The position numbers and the translations under genes are program-made. Below are positions 46,620-56,377 of a DNA stretch of 64,000 bases, piece after piece. This DNA is from Acidimicrobiales bacterium (lineage in GTDB: Bacteria; Actinomycetota; Acidimicrobiia; Acidimicrobiales; AC-9): positions 1,363-65,362 of the forward strand of contig DASXCO010000206.1 in the NCBI GenBank assembly GCA_036491125.1, in the 5' to 3' direction. Numbering within the stretch: the first letter of the stretch is position 1; each line of letters starts with the position of its first letter. Below the pieces are notes generated by a model that worked only from the letters and a program-made list of their open reading frames with translations, made no database searches and was not told the DNA's origin.

Positions 46620-48958
46620 CCAGGCGGCAAACCGGTGGGAGTTGCGATCAGGGAGAGGATCTCGCTGGGGCTGAGGGGCTGGCGGCGGATTGTCACGCCG
46701 AGCGGCGCCAGCGCATCGGCCACTGCGTTGACCACCGCCGGAGGCGAGGCGATAGCGCCGCCTTCCCCCATGCCCTTGTGGCCTCCTGGATTCGTCGGGG
46801 ACGGTGTCTCGATGTGGCCGTACTCGATCACCGGCACCTCGGCTGCCGTCGGGAGGAGGTAATCGACGAACGTGGTCGTGAGCGGGTTGCCCTCGTCGTC
46901 GTACTTCATGTGCTCGTAGAGTGCCCCGCCAATGCCTTGCACTACGCCACCAGCGATCTGGCCCTCCACGACGCTCGGATTGATCATTACGCCGCAGTCC
47001 TCGCTGACGACATAGCGCAGGATGGTGACAGCTCCAGTGGCCGGATCGACCTCACACGTGCACATGTGGCAGGCGTTGGACCAGGTGAACTTGTCCTGTG
47101 GGGCAAACCGGTACTGCGCCTCGAGCCCAGGCCCTTGGTCCGGCGGCAGGGCGGCCAGGTCCAGATAGGCGAGGCGAGCAACGTCGGCGACGGTCGAGGA
47201 CCGAGTCGGCGTGCCGGCGACGTGGATACGCCCCTCCTCCAAGACAAGGTCCTCGACCGCGGCCTCGAGCTGATGGGCCGCGATGTTCAGCACCTTGGCC
47301 CGGACCTCCTGCGCCGCCCCGCGGGCCGCGCCCGCCACGACGACGGCGCTGCGGCTGCCGCCGGTACCAGGACCAAACGGCGTGACTGCAGTGTCGCCCT
47401 GGATCACACGGACGTCGTCGACGTCCACGCCGAGCTCATCGGCCACGACCTGGGCGATCGTTGTCTCGAGGCTCTGGCCGTGGCTCGCCGAGCTGGTGAG
47501 GACGTCGACGCTGCCGTGCAGACCGATACGAACGATCGCCGCGTCGGTGGAGAACCAGCCGAAGGCGACCGCTGATGGTTCGGCGAGGAGGCTGATGCCG
47601 ATGCCTATCAGCCGGCCCTCAGCGCGCATATCGGCCTGCCGGGCCAAGAACTCGTCATAGCCGATCAGCTGGGCCGCCTGCTCGAGCGTTGCCGCCGCCG
47701 TCATCTGATCGTACACGAACCCGGTGGCCATGGTGTAGGGAAGGTCGGCCTCGCCGATGACATTGCGGCGGCGAATCTCGAGACGCTCGATGCCGAGGGC
47801 CCGGGCCACATGGTCGATCATCAGCTCCCGAGCGACCGTCTCGATCATCCACGGGCCTCGATACGACCCTCGTCCTGCGGTGTTGGTGTAGACGGTCTTG
47901 CCCGACCCGGCGGCGGCACCGATGCGGTAGGGACCGGGGAAGATCGACGTCGTCAGCAGCAGGGCACTGCCGCCCGCCACGGGGAAGGCGCCGACCGATT
48001 CGAGGAAGTCGGCCTTGGCCCCCAGGATGGCGCCGTCGTCGTCGACGGCGAGGGAGATGGTGGCCTGGTCCTCGCGGGCGTGCTCGCCGCAGAGCAGGTT
48101 CTCACGCCGGTCCTCGATCCACTTCACCGGCTGGCCGAGCCGGCGGGTGGCGAAGGCGACGGCGAGCTCCTCGGGGTGGGGGAACATCTTCTGGCCGAAG
48201 GCGCCGCCGACGTCGGGCATGATCACCCGGATCTGGGCCTCGGGGAGACCGAGGACGCGTGCGAACAGCCCCTGCGCGGCGAACTGGCCCTGTGTGGAGA
48301 GCCAGACCGTGAGCTGTCTGACGGCGGAGTCCCAACTGGCGAGGATCCCCCGCGTCTCCATGGGAACACAGGCGTAGCGGTGCTGGCGGAAAGTCTCGGT
48401 GAACGCGTGCGGCGCCGAGGCGAACACGGACTCGACGGCGGGATTATCGACCGCCGGGAGCTCGAGGACCACGTTCGATCCGGCCTCGGGGTGGACCAGC
48501 GGCGCGCCCTCGTCAGCGGCGTGTTCGGGGTCCACGACCGGCGTCTCCGGTTCGATGTCGATCTCGACCAGCTCGACGGCGTCCTCGGCGACGTAGCGGG
48601 AGGCGGCGACCACCATTGCCACAGGTTCGCCCACGAAGCGAACGTCGCCGTCGGCGAACAGCCGGAACTGCCGGGACTGCCCGTTCGGGCCCTCGAAGTC
48701 GGTCCACCATTCGCGCACGAGGTGGTTGAGGTCGGCCGCGGTCAGCACCGCGATCACGCCTGGCACCTCGGCCGCCGCCGAGGTGTCGACTCCCGTCAGC
48801 CTCCCCCGCGCCATATGGCTCCGGGCGAACGCGACGTGCAGCGTTCCAGGTAGGACGATGTCGTCCACGTAATGCCCGGTGCCGGTGACGAAGCGGGCGT
48901 CTTCGTGGCGCGGGACCCGTTGGCCGACGAAGCGCCCGCCGGCAGCGGGGCCCGTCAC
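46616..48958 (-). CDS. xanthine dehydrogenase-family molybdopterin-binding large subunit (CoxL-like)
   Basis: About 780 aa from GTG 48958, which overlaps the small-subunit stop. N-terminus FVGQRVPRHEDARFVTGTGHYVDD; also DVGGAFGQK. No AYxCSFR form-I CO-dehydrogenase motif is seen; the corresponding region reads GRGSYRGPW. Confidence 0.9.
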   Translation of the reverse strand: MTGPAAGGRFVGQRVPRHEDARFVTGTGHYVDDIVLPGTLHVAFARSHMARGRLTGVDTSAAAEVPGVIAVLTAADLNHLVREWWTDFEGPNGQSRQFRLFADGDVRFVGEPVAMVVAASRYVAEDAVELVEIDIEPETPVVDPEHAADEGAPLVHPEAGSNVVLELPAVDNPAVESVFASAPHAFTETFRQHRYACVPMETRGILASWDSAVRQLTVWLSTQGQFAAQGLFARVLGLPEAQIRVIMPDVGGAFGQKMFPHPEELAVAFATRRLGQPVKWIEDRRENLLCGEHAREDQATISLAVDDDGAILGAKADFLESVGAFPVAGGSALLLTTSIFPGPYRIGAAAGSGKTVYTNTAGRGSYRGPWMIETVARELMIDHVARALGIERLEIRRRNVIGEADLPYTMATGFVYDQMTAAATLEQAAQLIGYDEFLARQADMRAEGRLIGIGISLLAEPSAVAFGWFSTDAAIVRIGLHGSVDVLTSSASHGQSLETTIAQVVADELGVDVDDVRVIQGDTAVTPFGPGTGGSRSAVVVAGAARGAAQEVRAKVLNIAAHQLEAAVEDLVLEEGRIHVAGTPTRSSTVADVARLAYLDLAALPPDQGPGLEAQYRFAPQDKFTWSNACHMCTCEVDPATGAVTILRYVVSEDCGVMINPSVVEGQIAGGVVQGIGGALYEHMKYDDEGNPLTTTFVDYLLPTAAEVPVIEYGHIETPSPTNPGGHKGMGEGGAIASPPAVVNAVADALAPLGVTIRRQPLSPSEILSLIATPTGLPPG

Positions 48959-49434
48959 AAGTCTCGCCCCGCGTCGGCGGCAAGACGGGCCGCTTCGAGG
49001 ATCCCCTGGTAGCCCGTGCAGCGACACAAGTTCCCCGACAGCGCACCGCGGAGGTCGTCGTCGGTCGGGTGAGGGTGGTCGCGCAGGTATGACGTCAGCG
49101 AGACGACGAACCCCGGCGTACAGAAGCCGCACTGCAGGCCGTGGGCGTCCCGAAACGCCTGCTGCACCACGCTCAGCTCACCGTCGGGGCCCGCCAGCGC
49201 CTCGACGGTGGTCACCTCGCGCCCATCGGCCTGGACGGCGAGCATCAGGCAGGATCTGACCGCAGCACCGTCGACGAGAACCGTGCACGCGCCGCACACG
49301 CCGTGCTCGCACCCGAGGTGGGTCCCCGTGAGGCCACACCGCTCCCGGATGAAGTCGGCCAATGTCAAGCGGGGTTCGACCATCGCCTGGCGCCGCTGGG
49401 CGTTGACGTCCATGGCGACCGCGACCTCACGCAT
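48955..49434 (-). CDS. (2Fe-2S)-binding small subunit (CoxS-like)
   Basis: 159 aa. Motifs: GCEHGVCGACTV, CGFCTPG, LCRCTGY. Confidence 0.92.
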   Translation of the reverse strand: MREVAVAMDVNAQRRQAMVEPRLTLADFIRERCGLTGTHLGCEHGVCGACTVLVDGAAVRSCLMLAVQADGREVTTVEALAGPDGELSVVQQAFRDAHGLQCGFCTPGFVVSLTSYLRDHPHPTDDDLRGALSGNLCRCTGYQGILEAARLAADAGRDL

Positions 49435-50302
49435 TCGTCGCCTCCGTCATCGCGTCCACCCACGCCCTCGCCACCATCGCAGCGCCGACCTGTCGCCGGT
49501 ACTGCGCCGAGCCGTGGAGGTCGGAAGGGATGTCGTCGAGGCCGGCCACCGCCATGGCCCCGACATCGCCGGCGGCGACCGGTGCTGTCTCCCCCTCCAC
49601 CACCGCCGCCTCGGCTCCGGTTGCCCGGATGGGCGCCGATCCCATGCCGATAAGCGAGATGCTGCACCGCTCGACCCGGCCGTCGGACGCGAGCCTGACG
49701 GCGACAGCAGCGCCGGCGACGGCGAAGTCGCCGTGGCGGCGAGCGAACTCGCGGACGGCGAACCCGCACCGCCCGGTCCACATCGGGAACCGGACGTTCA
49801 CGAGCATCTCGTCGGGATCAAGCGCCGTGCTCCAGAAGCCGGTGAAGAAGTCGGCGGCCGCTAGCCACCTCCGACCACGAGGCGACAGCGCCTCCATCTC
49901 GGCGGCGAGGGCCAGGGCAACGGCGGGGTACTCCGCGGCCGGATCGGCATGGGCGAGGGAGCCGCCGAGGGTGCCCCGATTGCGGATCTGGAAATGACCG
50001 ATCAGCGGCGTGGCCCGCGAGAGCAGGGGCACCGCGGCGGTCAGCTCCGGGCTCGCCTCGATCCTCGACTGGGTCGTGCCGGCACCCACCGTCACCACAT
50101 CCCCTGCGACATGGATGCCGGCGAGCTCGCCGATCCGGCCGATGTCCACCAGGTGATCGAAGACCGCCAGCCGTAGCGACAACATGGGAATGAGGCTCTG
50201 CCCGCCGGCGAGGACCTTCGCCCCGTCCCCGAGCTCGGCGAGGAGCGCAACAGCTTCGTCCGCACCGGAGGGGGCGTGGTACTCGAAGGCCGACGGCTTC
50301 AC
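49427..50302 (-). CDS. FAD-binding medium subunit (CoxM-like)
   Basis: 291 aa starting at GTG. Begins MKPSAFEYHAP and contains LAGGQSLIPML and GTLGGSLAHADPAAE. Confidence 0.9.
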   Translation of the reverse strand: MKPSAFEYHAPSGADEAVALLAELGDGAKVLAGGQSLIPMLSLRLAVFDHLVDIGRIGELAGIHVAGDVVTVGAGTTQSRIEASPELTAAVPLLSRATPLIGHFQIRNRGTLGGSLAHADPAAEYPAVALALAAEMEALSPRGRRWLAAADFFTGFWSTALDPDEMLVNVRFPMWTGRCGFAVREFARRHGDFAVAGAAVAVRLASDGRVERCSISLIGMGSAPIRATGAEAAVVEGETAPVAAGDVGAMAVAGLDDIPSDLHGSAQYRRQVGAAMVARAWVDAMTEATNA

Positions 50303-50314
50303 GGCCCGCCAAGA

Positions 50315-50328
50315 TAGCCGATCGGCTA
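50315..50328. promoter_or_regulatory. perfect 14-bp palindrome TAGCCGATCGGCTA (candidate operator)
   Basis: Lies in the 65-bp divergent gap between the coxM-like start (50302) and the SDR start (50368). Identical core to 46605-46618. Confidence 0.55.
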
Positions 50329-50367
50329 GCTTGCTCGGGCAAAGGACACCTCGGGAGGATCAACCTG

Positions 50368-51111
50368 ATGGAGCTGAACGGCAAGGTCGCGGTCATCACC
50401 GGCGCGGGGTCGGGGATGGCGAGGGCGTCGACAAGGGTCTTCGTGCGCGAGGGAGCACGCGTGCTCGCCGCCGACATCAGCGGACGCGAGGAGGAGACGG
50501 CCAAGGAGCTCGGAGACGCCGTCGTGCCCTTTCGATGCGACGTCACCAGAGAGGACCAGGTCGAGGCGATGTTCGCCGCCGCGCTCGACGAGTTCGGACG
50601 TGTCGACGCGGTCCTCAACGTTGCTGGTATCGGCAGCGCCGGTCCGCTCGCCGAAGTGTCCATGGAGGAGTACGACCGGATCATGGACGTCGACCTGCGG
50701 GGCGTCCTGCTCGGCACCAAGCACGGCATCACTGCGATGCTCCCGACGGGAGGCGGCGTGATCGTCAACTGGTCGTCGACCGGCGGAATCAACGCTACGG
50801 CGTTCCCTGTGAGCGTGTACTCGACGGCCAAGGCCGGCGTCATCGCGCTCAGCAAGTCAGCCGCCGTCGAGTACGGCACCCAGGGCATTCGGGCCATCGC
50901 CATCTGCCCGGGCTTCATCGAGACCGAGATGTCCGGAGGACCGGGCGCAGCGGCGCGGTTCCCCCAGCTCGTGCAGGGCACCGCGTTGAAGCGCGGCGGT
51001 CAGCCCGAGGAGGTGGCCGAGCTGGCGGCGTTCCTCTGCTCTGATCGAGCGACCTACATCACCGGCGCCGTGATCCCCGTCGACGGCGGGATGACCGCCA
51101 CCCTGGCATGA
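50368..51111 (+). CDS. SDR family oxidoreductase
   Basis: 247 aa. Motifs: TGAGSGMARA (TGxxxGxG), NVAG, YSTAKAG (YxxxK). Confidence 0.9.
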   Translation: MELNGKVAVITGAGSGMARASTRVFVREGARVLAADISGREEETAKELGDAVVPFRCDVTREDQVEAMFAAALDEFGRVDAVLNVAGIGSAGPLAEVSMEEYDRIMDVDLRGVLLGTKHGITAMLPTGGGVIVNWSSTGGINATAFPVSVYSTAKAGVIALSKSAAVEYGTQGIRAIAICPGFIETEMSGGPGAAARFPQLVQGTALKRGGQPEEVAELAAFLCSDRATYITGAVIPVDGGMTATLA

Positions 51112-51154
51112 CGTTCCGCACCGGTACGTCACCGTCGATGGCGCCGGGATGCCT

Positions 51155-51793
51155 CTACGGCGCGGCTCGTTGCCGCGATGGCCGAGCAGGCTTGGTCGTG
51201 TCTGTTCGCCCCGTGCTCGGCGGCTGGTAACGGAGTCCGTCGAGCGCCATCGCCAGGACCCGCTCGATCTGGTCGGGCTCGGCGAACCGGATCATGGTGA
51301 TCCCGCTGATGAGGCGGACCACGTCGTCGAAGCTCGTGTCGGGGCGGGCCGCGCCTGCTTCCTGAGCCCGCTGGAGCAACGGCTCGCCGGCGGCGTAGAC
51401 CTCACTCCGGCAGCTGAGGATCAGCTTCGAGTCGTGGTTGAGCGTCTCGGCGAGCGCCCGCTTGGTCGCCGCGTAGAGGACGAACCGGTGAAGCCAGGCG
51501 ACAAGGGCGTCCCACGCCGACAGATCGGTCGGCAGCTCGTCGGCCGCTCGACAGAGGGCTTCGACCTCGTCGACGTAGACGCTTTCGAAGACATCCTGGC
51601 GGGTCGGGAAGTGGCGGTACAGGGTGCCGATACCCACCCCGGCGCGTCGAGCGATGTCCTCCAGCGACGCCGACGTACCGTCCTCGGCGAAGGCGTCGCG
51701 CGCCGCTGAGATCAGCTTCTCGTAGTTGCGGCGGGCGTCAGCTCGTTGAGGACGCGACCTCAGGACCCCGGGGGCCTGCTCCTTGGTCGCCAT
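51155..51793 (-). CDS. TetR family transcriptional regulator
   Basis: 212 aa with an N-terminal HTH (SLEDIARRAGVGIGTLYRHFPTRQDV). Divergent from the MFS gene. Confidence 0.9.
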   Translation of the reverse strand: MATKEQAPGVLRSRPQRADARRNYEKLISAARDAFAEDGTSASLEDIARRAGVGIGTLYRHFPTRQDVFESVYVDEVEALCRAADELPTDLSAWDALVAWLHRFVLYAATKRALAETLNHDSKLILSCRSEVYAAGEPLLQRAQEAGAARPDTSFDDVVRLISGITMIRFAEPDQIERVLAMALDGLRYQPPSTGRTDTTKPARPSRQRAAP

Positions 51794-51831
51794 GACGCCT
51801 GTCTCCTCTGGTCCGAAAACCCTCTTGCTAA

Positions 51832-51871
51832 CGGAGGCTACCCTCCGCTACAGTACCGGAGGGACACCTCC
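51832..51871. promoter_or_regulatory. array of alternating CGGAGG / CCTCCG half-sites in the TetR-MFS divergent region (candidate operators)
   Basis: The sequence reads CGGAGG-ctac-CCTCCG-ctacagtac-CGGAGG-gaca-CCTCC. The centre forms a 23-bp imperfect palindrome CCCTCCGCTACAGTACCGGAGGG with 10 of 11 pairs. Confidence 0.5.
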
Positions 51872-51902
51872 ACTATAGCGTCCACCGGCCCTTCCCCGAA
51901 AG

Positions 51903-53417
51903 GTGTATCTGCGAATGCCGTCTTCCCTGACCGCGCGCGCCCCGGTGCGCTCTTCGCCCTCACGGGTGGTCTTGGCCCTCATCCTCGCCGCCCAGCTGAT
52001 GGCTGTCGTCGACGTCTCGATCGTCATCACCGCCCTGCCCAAGATCCACGCCGCCCTCAATTTCTCGTCCACCGGCCTGTCGTGGGTGCAGAACGCCTAC
52101 ACGCTGACCTTCGGCGGTCTGTTGCTGCTCGGCGCCCGTGTAGGCGACCTCCTCGGCCGGAGGCGGGTGTTCATGGCGGGCGTCGCCGTGTTCACGCTGG
52201 CGTCGCTGCTGGGGGGATTGGCCCAGTCCCCGGAGTGGCTGCTCGCGGCCCGAGCGGTCCAGGGCGCCGCGGCTGCCATCGCCGTCCCCTCGACCCTCGC
52301 TCTGCTGATGATGAGCTTCCCCGAAGGTACCGAGCGCACGCGGGCGGTCGCCTTGTACAGCGCCGTCACCGGGGCCGGCGCCAGCGTCGGGCTGGTGCTC
52401 GGAGGCCTGCTGACGGACTGGATCTCGTGGCGCTGGGGGCTGTTCGTCAATGTCCCGGTCGGCGCAATGGTGCTCCTGCTGGCCCCCCGGTACCTGGCCG
52501 AGACAGAACGGCGCGCCGGGCGCTTCGACCTTGCCGGTGCGGCGAGCTCGACCCTGGGCATGACAGCCCTGGTGTACGGGTTCGTGCGGGCCGCGGCCGA
52601 CGGATGGAGCACTCCGGAGACCATCGCGTCATTCGTCGTCGGCGTGGCGATGCTCGCAGCCTTCGTCCAAATCGAGAGGCGAGCTCCACAGCCGATCATG
52701 CCCCTCCGGCTGTTTGCCAGCCTGGAGCGTTCGGGTGCATACGTCGGCCGCTTGCTGATCGTGGGCGGCATGTTCGCCTTCTTCTTCTACCTCACCCAGT
52801 ACCTGCAGGAGGTCCGCGACTACAGCCCGCTCAAGGCCGGGCTCGCCTTCGTGCCGATGACCGCGGTGTTGTTTGCGATGGTTCAGGTCGTTCCCAAGCT
52901 GGTGCCACGGATAGGGACGGCGCGCCTGCTGGCCGCTGGGGTCCTCGTTGCCCTCGTCGCCATGGCCTGGCTGAGCCGCATCTCACCCGGCACCCAGTAC
53001 TTCCCACAGATCGCCCTGCCCCTGGTGCTCCTCGGCATCGGCATGGGGATCGCGTTCATCCCTCTGACCAGCCGCGGCATCGCCGGTGTGGAGGCGGCCG
53101 ACTCCGGCGCCGCCTCCGGCCTGGTCAACGTCTCGCATCAGGTCGGCGGTTCGTTGGGCCTCGCCATCCTCGTGACCGTCTTTGCCACCGCCAGCCGAGG
53201 CGCTGCCCATCACACGCTGGCGGGGGCATCCGCCGGGAGCCAGGCCAGTCAGGTCCTGGCCCACGGCGTGGCCGCCGCGCTCACCGGATCAACGGTATTC
53301 CTCGCCCTGGCCCTCGTCGTGGTCATCGCCATGGTGCCCCGCCGCACCCGGGCGACTGCCGCTTCCGAGGCTGAGCGTCAGCCCGAGGCCGATCCCGAAG
53401 CCCAGGCCGCGGCCTGA
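51903..53417 (+). CDS. MFS transporter (14-TMS DHA2/EmrB-like)
   Basis: 504 aa. Motifs: LMAVVDVSIVITALPKI and GARVGDLLGRRRVF (motif A-like). About 14 hydrophobic segments. Confidence 0.9.
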   Translation: MYLRMPSSLTARAPVRSSPSRVVLALILAAQLMAVVDVSIVITALPKIHAALNFSSTGLSWVQNAYTLTFGGLLLLGARVGDLLGRRRVFMAGVAVFTLASLLGGLAQSPEWLLAARAVQGAAAAIAVPSTLALLMMSFPEGTERTRAVALYSAVTGAGASVGLVLGGLLTDWISWRWGLFVNVPVGAMVLLLAPRYLAETERRAGRFDLAGAASSTLGMTALVYGFVRAAADGWSTPETIASFVVGVAMLAAFVQIERRAPQPIMPLRLFASLERSGAYVGRLLIVGGMFAFFFYLTQYLQEVRDYSPLKAGLAFVPMTAVLFAMVQVVPKLVPRIGTARLLAAGVLVALVAMAWLSRISPGTQYFPQIALPLVLLGIGMGIAFIPLTSRGIAGVEAADSGAASGLVNVSHQVGGSLGLAILVTVFATASRGAAHHTLAGASAGSQASQVLAHGVAAALTGSTVFLALALVVVIAMVPRRTRATAASEAERQPEADPEAQAAA

Positions 53418-53422
53418 TGCCC

Positions 53423-55345
53423 CTATGGTGCAGAGGCACCCACGCGCTGCTCCGGTCCCGCCTCCGGCCTGGGCCTACGGCGCGATCGGGCGCGGTCCGC
53501 CTTCGGCAGGGCGATCTTGCGCACGCGCACGGCGGAGGGGGTCACTTCGACACACTCGTCGTCGGCAATGAGCTCGAGGGCCTGTTCGAGTGTGAGCCGC
53601 CGCGGGGGGGTGAGCCGCACCAACTCCTCGGCGGTCGAGGAGCGCACGTTGGTGAGCTTTCGCTCCCGAGTCGGATTGACATCGATGTCCTCGGCGCGTG
53701 AGCACTCGCCCACGACCATTCCCTCGTAGACCGCTTCCCCGGGACCGATGAAGAGGGTGCCCCGATCTTCGAGCGAGAACAGCGCGTACGCCGCAGCCAC
53801 CCCTCTCCGGTCCGCAACCAGGCTGCCGCGGGCACGTGACCGGATGTCCCCGGTCCACGGCTCGAAGCGCTCGAACGCGTGGTGGATCTGAGCGGTGCCG
53901 CGCGTCTGGGTCAAGAGGTCCGTACGGACGCCGATCAGCCCCCGAGCGGGGATGGAGAAGACCATTCGCAGCCATCCCAAGCCGTGGTTGACCACCTCGA
54001 CGAGTTGTCCCCGCCTGGAAGCAAGTGCCTGAGTCACAGCGCCGAAGTACTCCTCGGGCAGGTCGAGGTCAAGGCGCTCGATCGGCTCGCACAGCTGTCC
54101 ATCTATCGTCCGGCCGACTACCTGGGGCTTGCCCACTGTCAGCTCGAAACCCTCCCGGCGCATCAGCTCGACGAGGATCGCCAGGGCCAGCTCGCCTCGA
54201 CCCTGGATCTCCCATGCATCGGGGCGCTCGGTGGGCAGTACCCGAATGGACACGTTGCCGACCACCTCTGCTTGCAGCCGGCCTTCGAGCAGGCGAGCGG
54301 TCAGCTTGGTCCCCGCCTCGCCCCCCGTGGGGCCGCCGCCTCCGCCTGCCAACGGTGAGGTGTTGATCCCGACGGTGACCGACAAACTGGGCTCGTCGAC
54401 CCGGAGGACCGGGAGGGGCCGTGGATCATCGATGTCGGCGAGGGTCTCGCCGATGGTGATCTGGGGGATGCCGGCGACAGCCACGATCTCTCCGGGCCCC
54501 GCCTCGGTGACATCCACCCGGTCGAGGGCTTCGGTGACGAAGAGCTCGGCGATGCGCGCCCGGTCGATCGACCCGTCTTGGCGACACCACGCCACGACCT
54601 GGCCCCGGCGGAGTCGTCCCTGCATGACGCGGCAGATGGCGAGACGGCCGAGATACGGCGAGGCGTCCAGGTTGGTGACAAGGGCTTGTAGCGGGTGGCC
54701 ATCGAGGTAGCTGGGGGCGGGTACGCGGGCGAGCACCAGGTCGAGCAGGGGCCGTAGGCCGGCGGCCCGGACATCAGATGAAGGCTCCATGGACCCTGTG
54801 GGGACACTCGGCGACAACTCGGAGGCCCAGCCGTCGCGGGCGCTCGCGTAGATCACGGGAAACTCGATCTGGCTCTCATCGGCACCCAGATCGATGAACA
54901 GCTCGTAGACGGAATCCAGGACCTGCGCTGGCCGGGCGTCAGCCCGATCGACCTTGTTGAGGACCACCAGGATCGGGAGTCGCGACTCCAGCGCCTTGCG
55001 GAGGACGAACCGGGTCTGCGGACGTGGTCCCTCCGCCGCGTCCACCAGCAGCAGCGCGCCGTCGACCATGGCCAGGCCCCGCTCCACCTCGCCACCGAAG
55101 TCCGCATGGCCGGGGGTGTCCACGATGTTGATGGTGACCCCGTCATGGTGGACAGCGGTCTGCTTGGCCAGGATGGTGATGCCCTTCTCCCGCTCGAGGT
55201 CCATCGAGTCGAGGACCCGATCGACGACCTGCTGGTGAGCCCGGAAGGCGCCGGTCTGTCGGAGCATCCCGTCGACGAGGGTGGTCTTGCCGTGGTCGAC
55301 GTGCGAGATGATGGCGATGTTGCGGAGATCGTGGCGTGTAGGCAT
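53423..55345 (-). CDS. typA: translational GTPase TypA/BipA
   Basis: Starts at the internal Met (55345): [25 protein letters not shown]. Also [14 protein letters not shown] and NKVDR. Confidence 0.95.
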   Translation of the reverse strand: MPTRHDLRNIAIISHVDHGKTTLVDGMLRQTGAFRAHQQVVDRVLDSMDLEREKGITILAKQTAVHHDGVTINIVDTPGHADFGGEVERGLAMVDGALLLVDAAEGPRPQTRFVLRKALESRLPILVVLNKVDRADARPAQVLDSVYELFIDLGADESQIEFPVIYASARDGWASELSPSVPTGSMEPSSDVRAAGLRPLLDLVLARVPAPSYLDGHPLQALVTNLDASPYLGRLAICRVMQGRLRRGQVVAWCRQDGSIDRARIAELFVTEALDRVDVTEAGPGEIVAVAGIPQITIGETLADIDDPRPLPVLRVDEPSLSVTVGINTSPLAGGGGGPTGGEAGTKLTARLLEGRLQAEVVGNVSIRVLPTERPDAWEIQGRGELALAILVELMRREGFELTVGKPQVVGRTIDGQLCEPIERLDLDLPEEYFGAVTQALASRRGQLVEVVNHGLGWLRMVFSIPARGLIGVRTDLLTQTRGTAQIHHAFERFEPWTGDIRSRARGSLVADRRGVAAAYALFSLEDRGTLFIGPGEAVYEGMVVGECSRAEDIDVNPTRERKLTNVRSSTAEELVRLTPPRRLTLEQALELIADDECVEVTPSAVRVRKIALPKADRARSRRRPRPEAGPEQRVGASAP

Positions 55346-55416
55346 GCGGGGGCCTTCTGGAAGAGAGGGAGACGCCTCGCGAAGCGCGCTGCGGCCCAAT
55401 TATCTTACCCGAGGTC

Positions 55417-56313
55417 GTGGAATCCTCGTGTTCCCTGCTGATCCTCCTGGCTCGGGGGTCCCAGCGGCCGTGGCGACCCTCGACGAGCGATGTTGACTGT
55501 GGTGTCATCACGGGCGTGAGGGCAGCCCGTGCCAAGGATCCACGGCCCGCCACCGAGCCCCGGCTCGGCCTCGTCGGGGACATCGTCGACGAGCTTCGGT
55601 GGACAGCCACCAGCCGCAAGGGCTGGCTGATCGGCCTGTCGCTCAACTTCGCCGTCGCCGTCGTCTACGTGGGATTCACGCACTACGACCCCCACCGTCC
55701 CGGCGACATCCGGATCGCCCACGTCGGCACCGCCGTCGCCATCTGGGTCCTGTCCAACACGCTCAACACCAACCAGCTCGGAGCCGACAGCGATCGAGCG
55801 CTCGCTTCCCTCCGGCGGGGAGACACGGTGCCGAGGATCCTGGCGATCAAGAACCTGTCGCTCGCCGTGTTTCTCGTCCCGCTCGCGCTCGTCATCTCGG
55901 TGGTGGTCCGGATCCTGGTCGATCGGTGGCGCCTCCTGCCGCACGCCGCCATGGCTGACATCGGGGCGGTCTTCCTCTGGCTGGGGCTGGGCAGCGTGAT
56001 ATCGGTGCTCCTCCCCTATCGGCCCATAGCCCTTCGCGAGCGCTGGAAGGCGCGCCGCACCTGGTTGCGGTGGGGCATCTGCCTGGCCGTGCCCGATCTC
56101 AGCTACTTCGTCGTCATGCCCGTGCTGCACCTGCCCTACATCGCCGTGTTGGGCCTGAAGGTCTTCGGCCCCTACGAGCCTCACTTCCTGGCGTACTCGT
56201 TCTTCTATCTGGCCATGGGGCTCGCCTACTGGGCGCTGGGCCTCTGGCTCGCGTCCCTGTACGCCCGGCGCCGCTCCTCACGGTTCACCGCCAACCTCGC
56301 TCGCAGGAGCTGA
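55417..56313 (+). CDS. hypothetical integral membrane protein
   Basis: About six hydrophobic segments (WLIGLSLNFAVAVVYVGF ...). I recognise no family. The true start is probably downstream of 55417. Confidence 0.6.
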   Translation: MESSCSLLILLARGSQRPWRPSTSDVDCGVITGVRAARAKDPRPATEPRLGLVGDIVDELRWTATSRKGWLIGLSLNFAVAVVYVGFTHYDPHRPGDIRIAHVGTAVAIWVLSNTLNTNQLGADSDRALASLRRGDTVPRILAIKNLSLAVFLVPLALVISVVVRILVDRWRLLPHAAMADIGAVFLWLGLGSVISVLLPYRPIALRERWKARRTWLRWGICLAVPDLSYFVVMPVLHLPYIAVLGLKVFGPYEPHFLAYSFFYLAMGLAYWALGLWLASLYARRRSSRFTANLARRS

Positions 56314-56377
56314 CCCGCGACGCCACGCGGACGCTCCAGTCGGCGCAGGGCTCTGCCGCTGCGAGCCCGTCGGCGAC

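Noticed and set aside
46616-50302. coxMSL-like operon as a genuine aerobic CO dehydrogenase
   Set aside because: The large subunit shows no AYxCSFR active-site loop; the comparable region reads GRGSYRGPW. No coxDEFG-type accessory genes follow. I called it only a xanthine-dehydrogenase-family hydroxylase of unknown substrate.
46604-50328. Paired palindromes as terminal inverted repeats of a mobile element carrying coxMSL
   Set aside because: Each site is self-palindromic rather than one half of an inverted pair. No transposase lies between them and no target-site duplication is evident. Their positions relative to start codons fit operators better.
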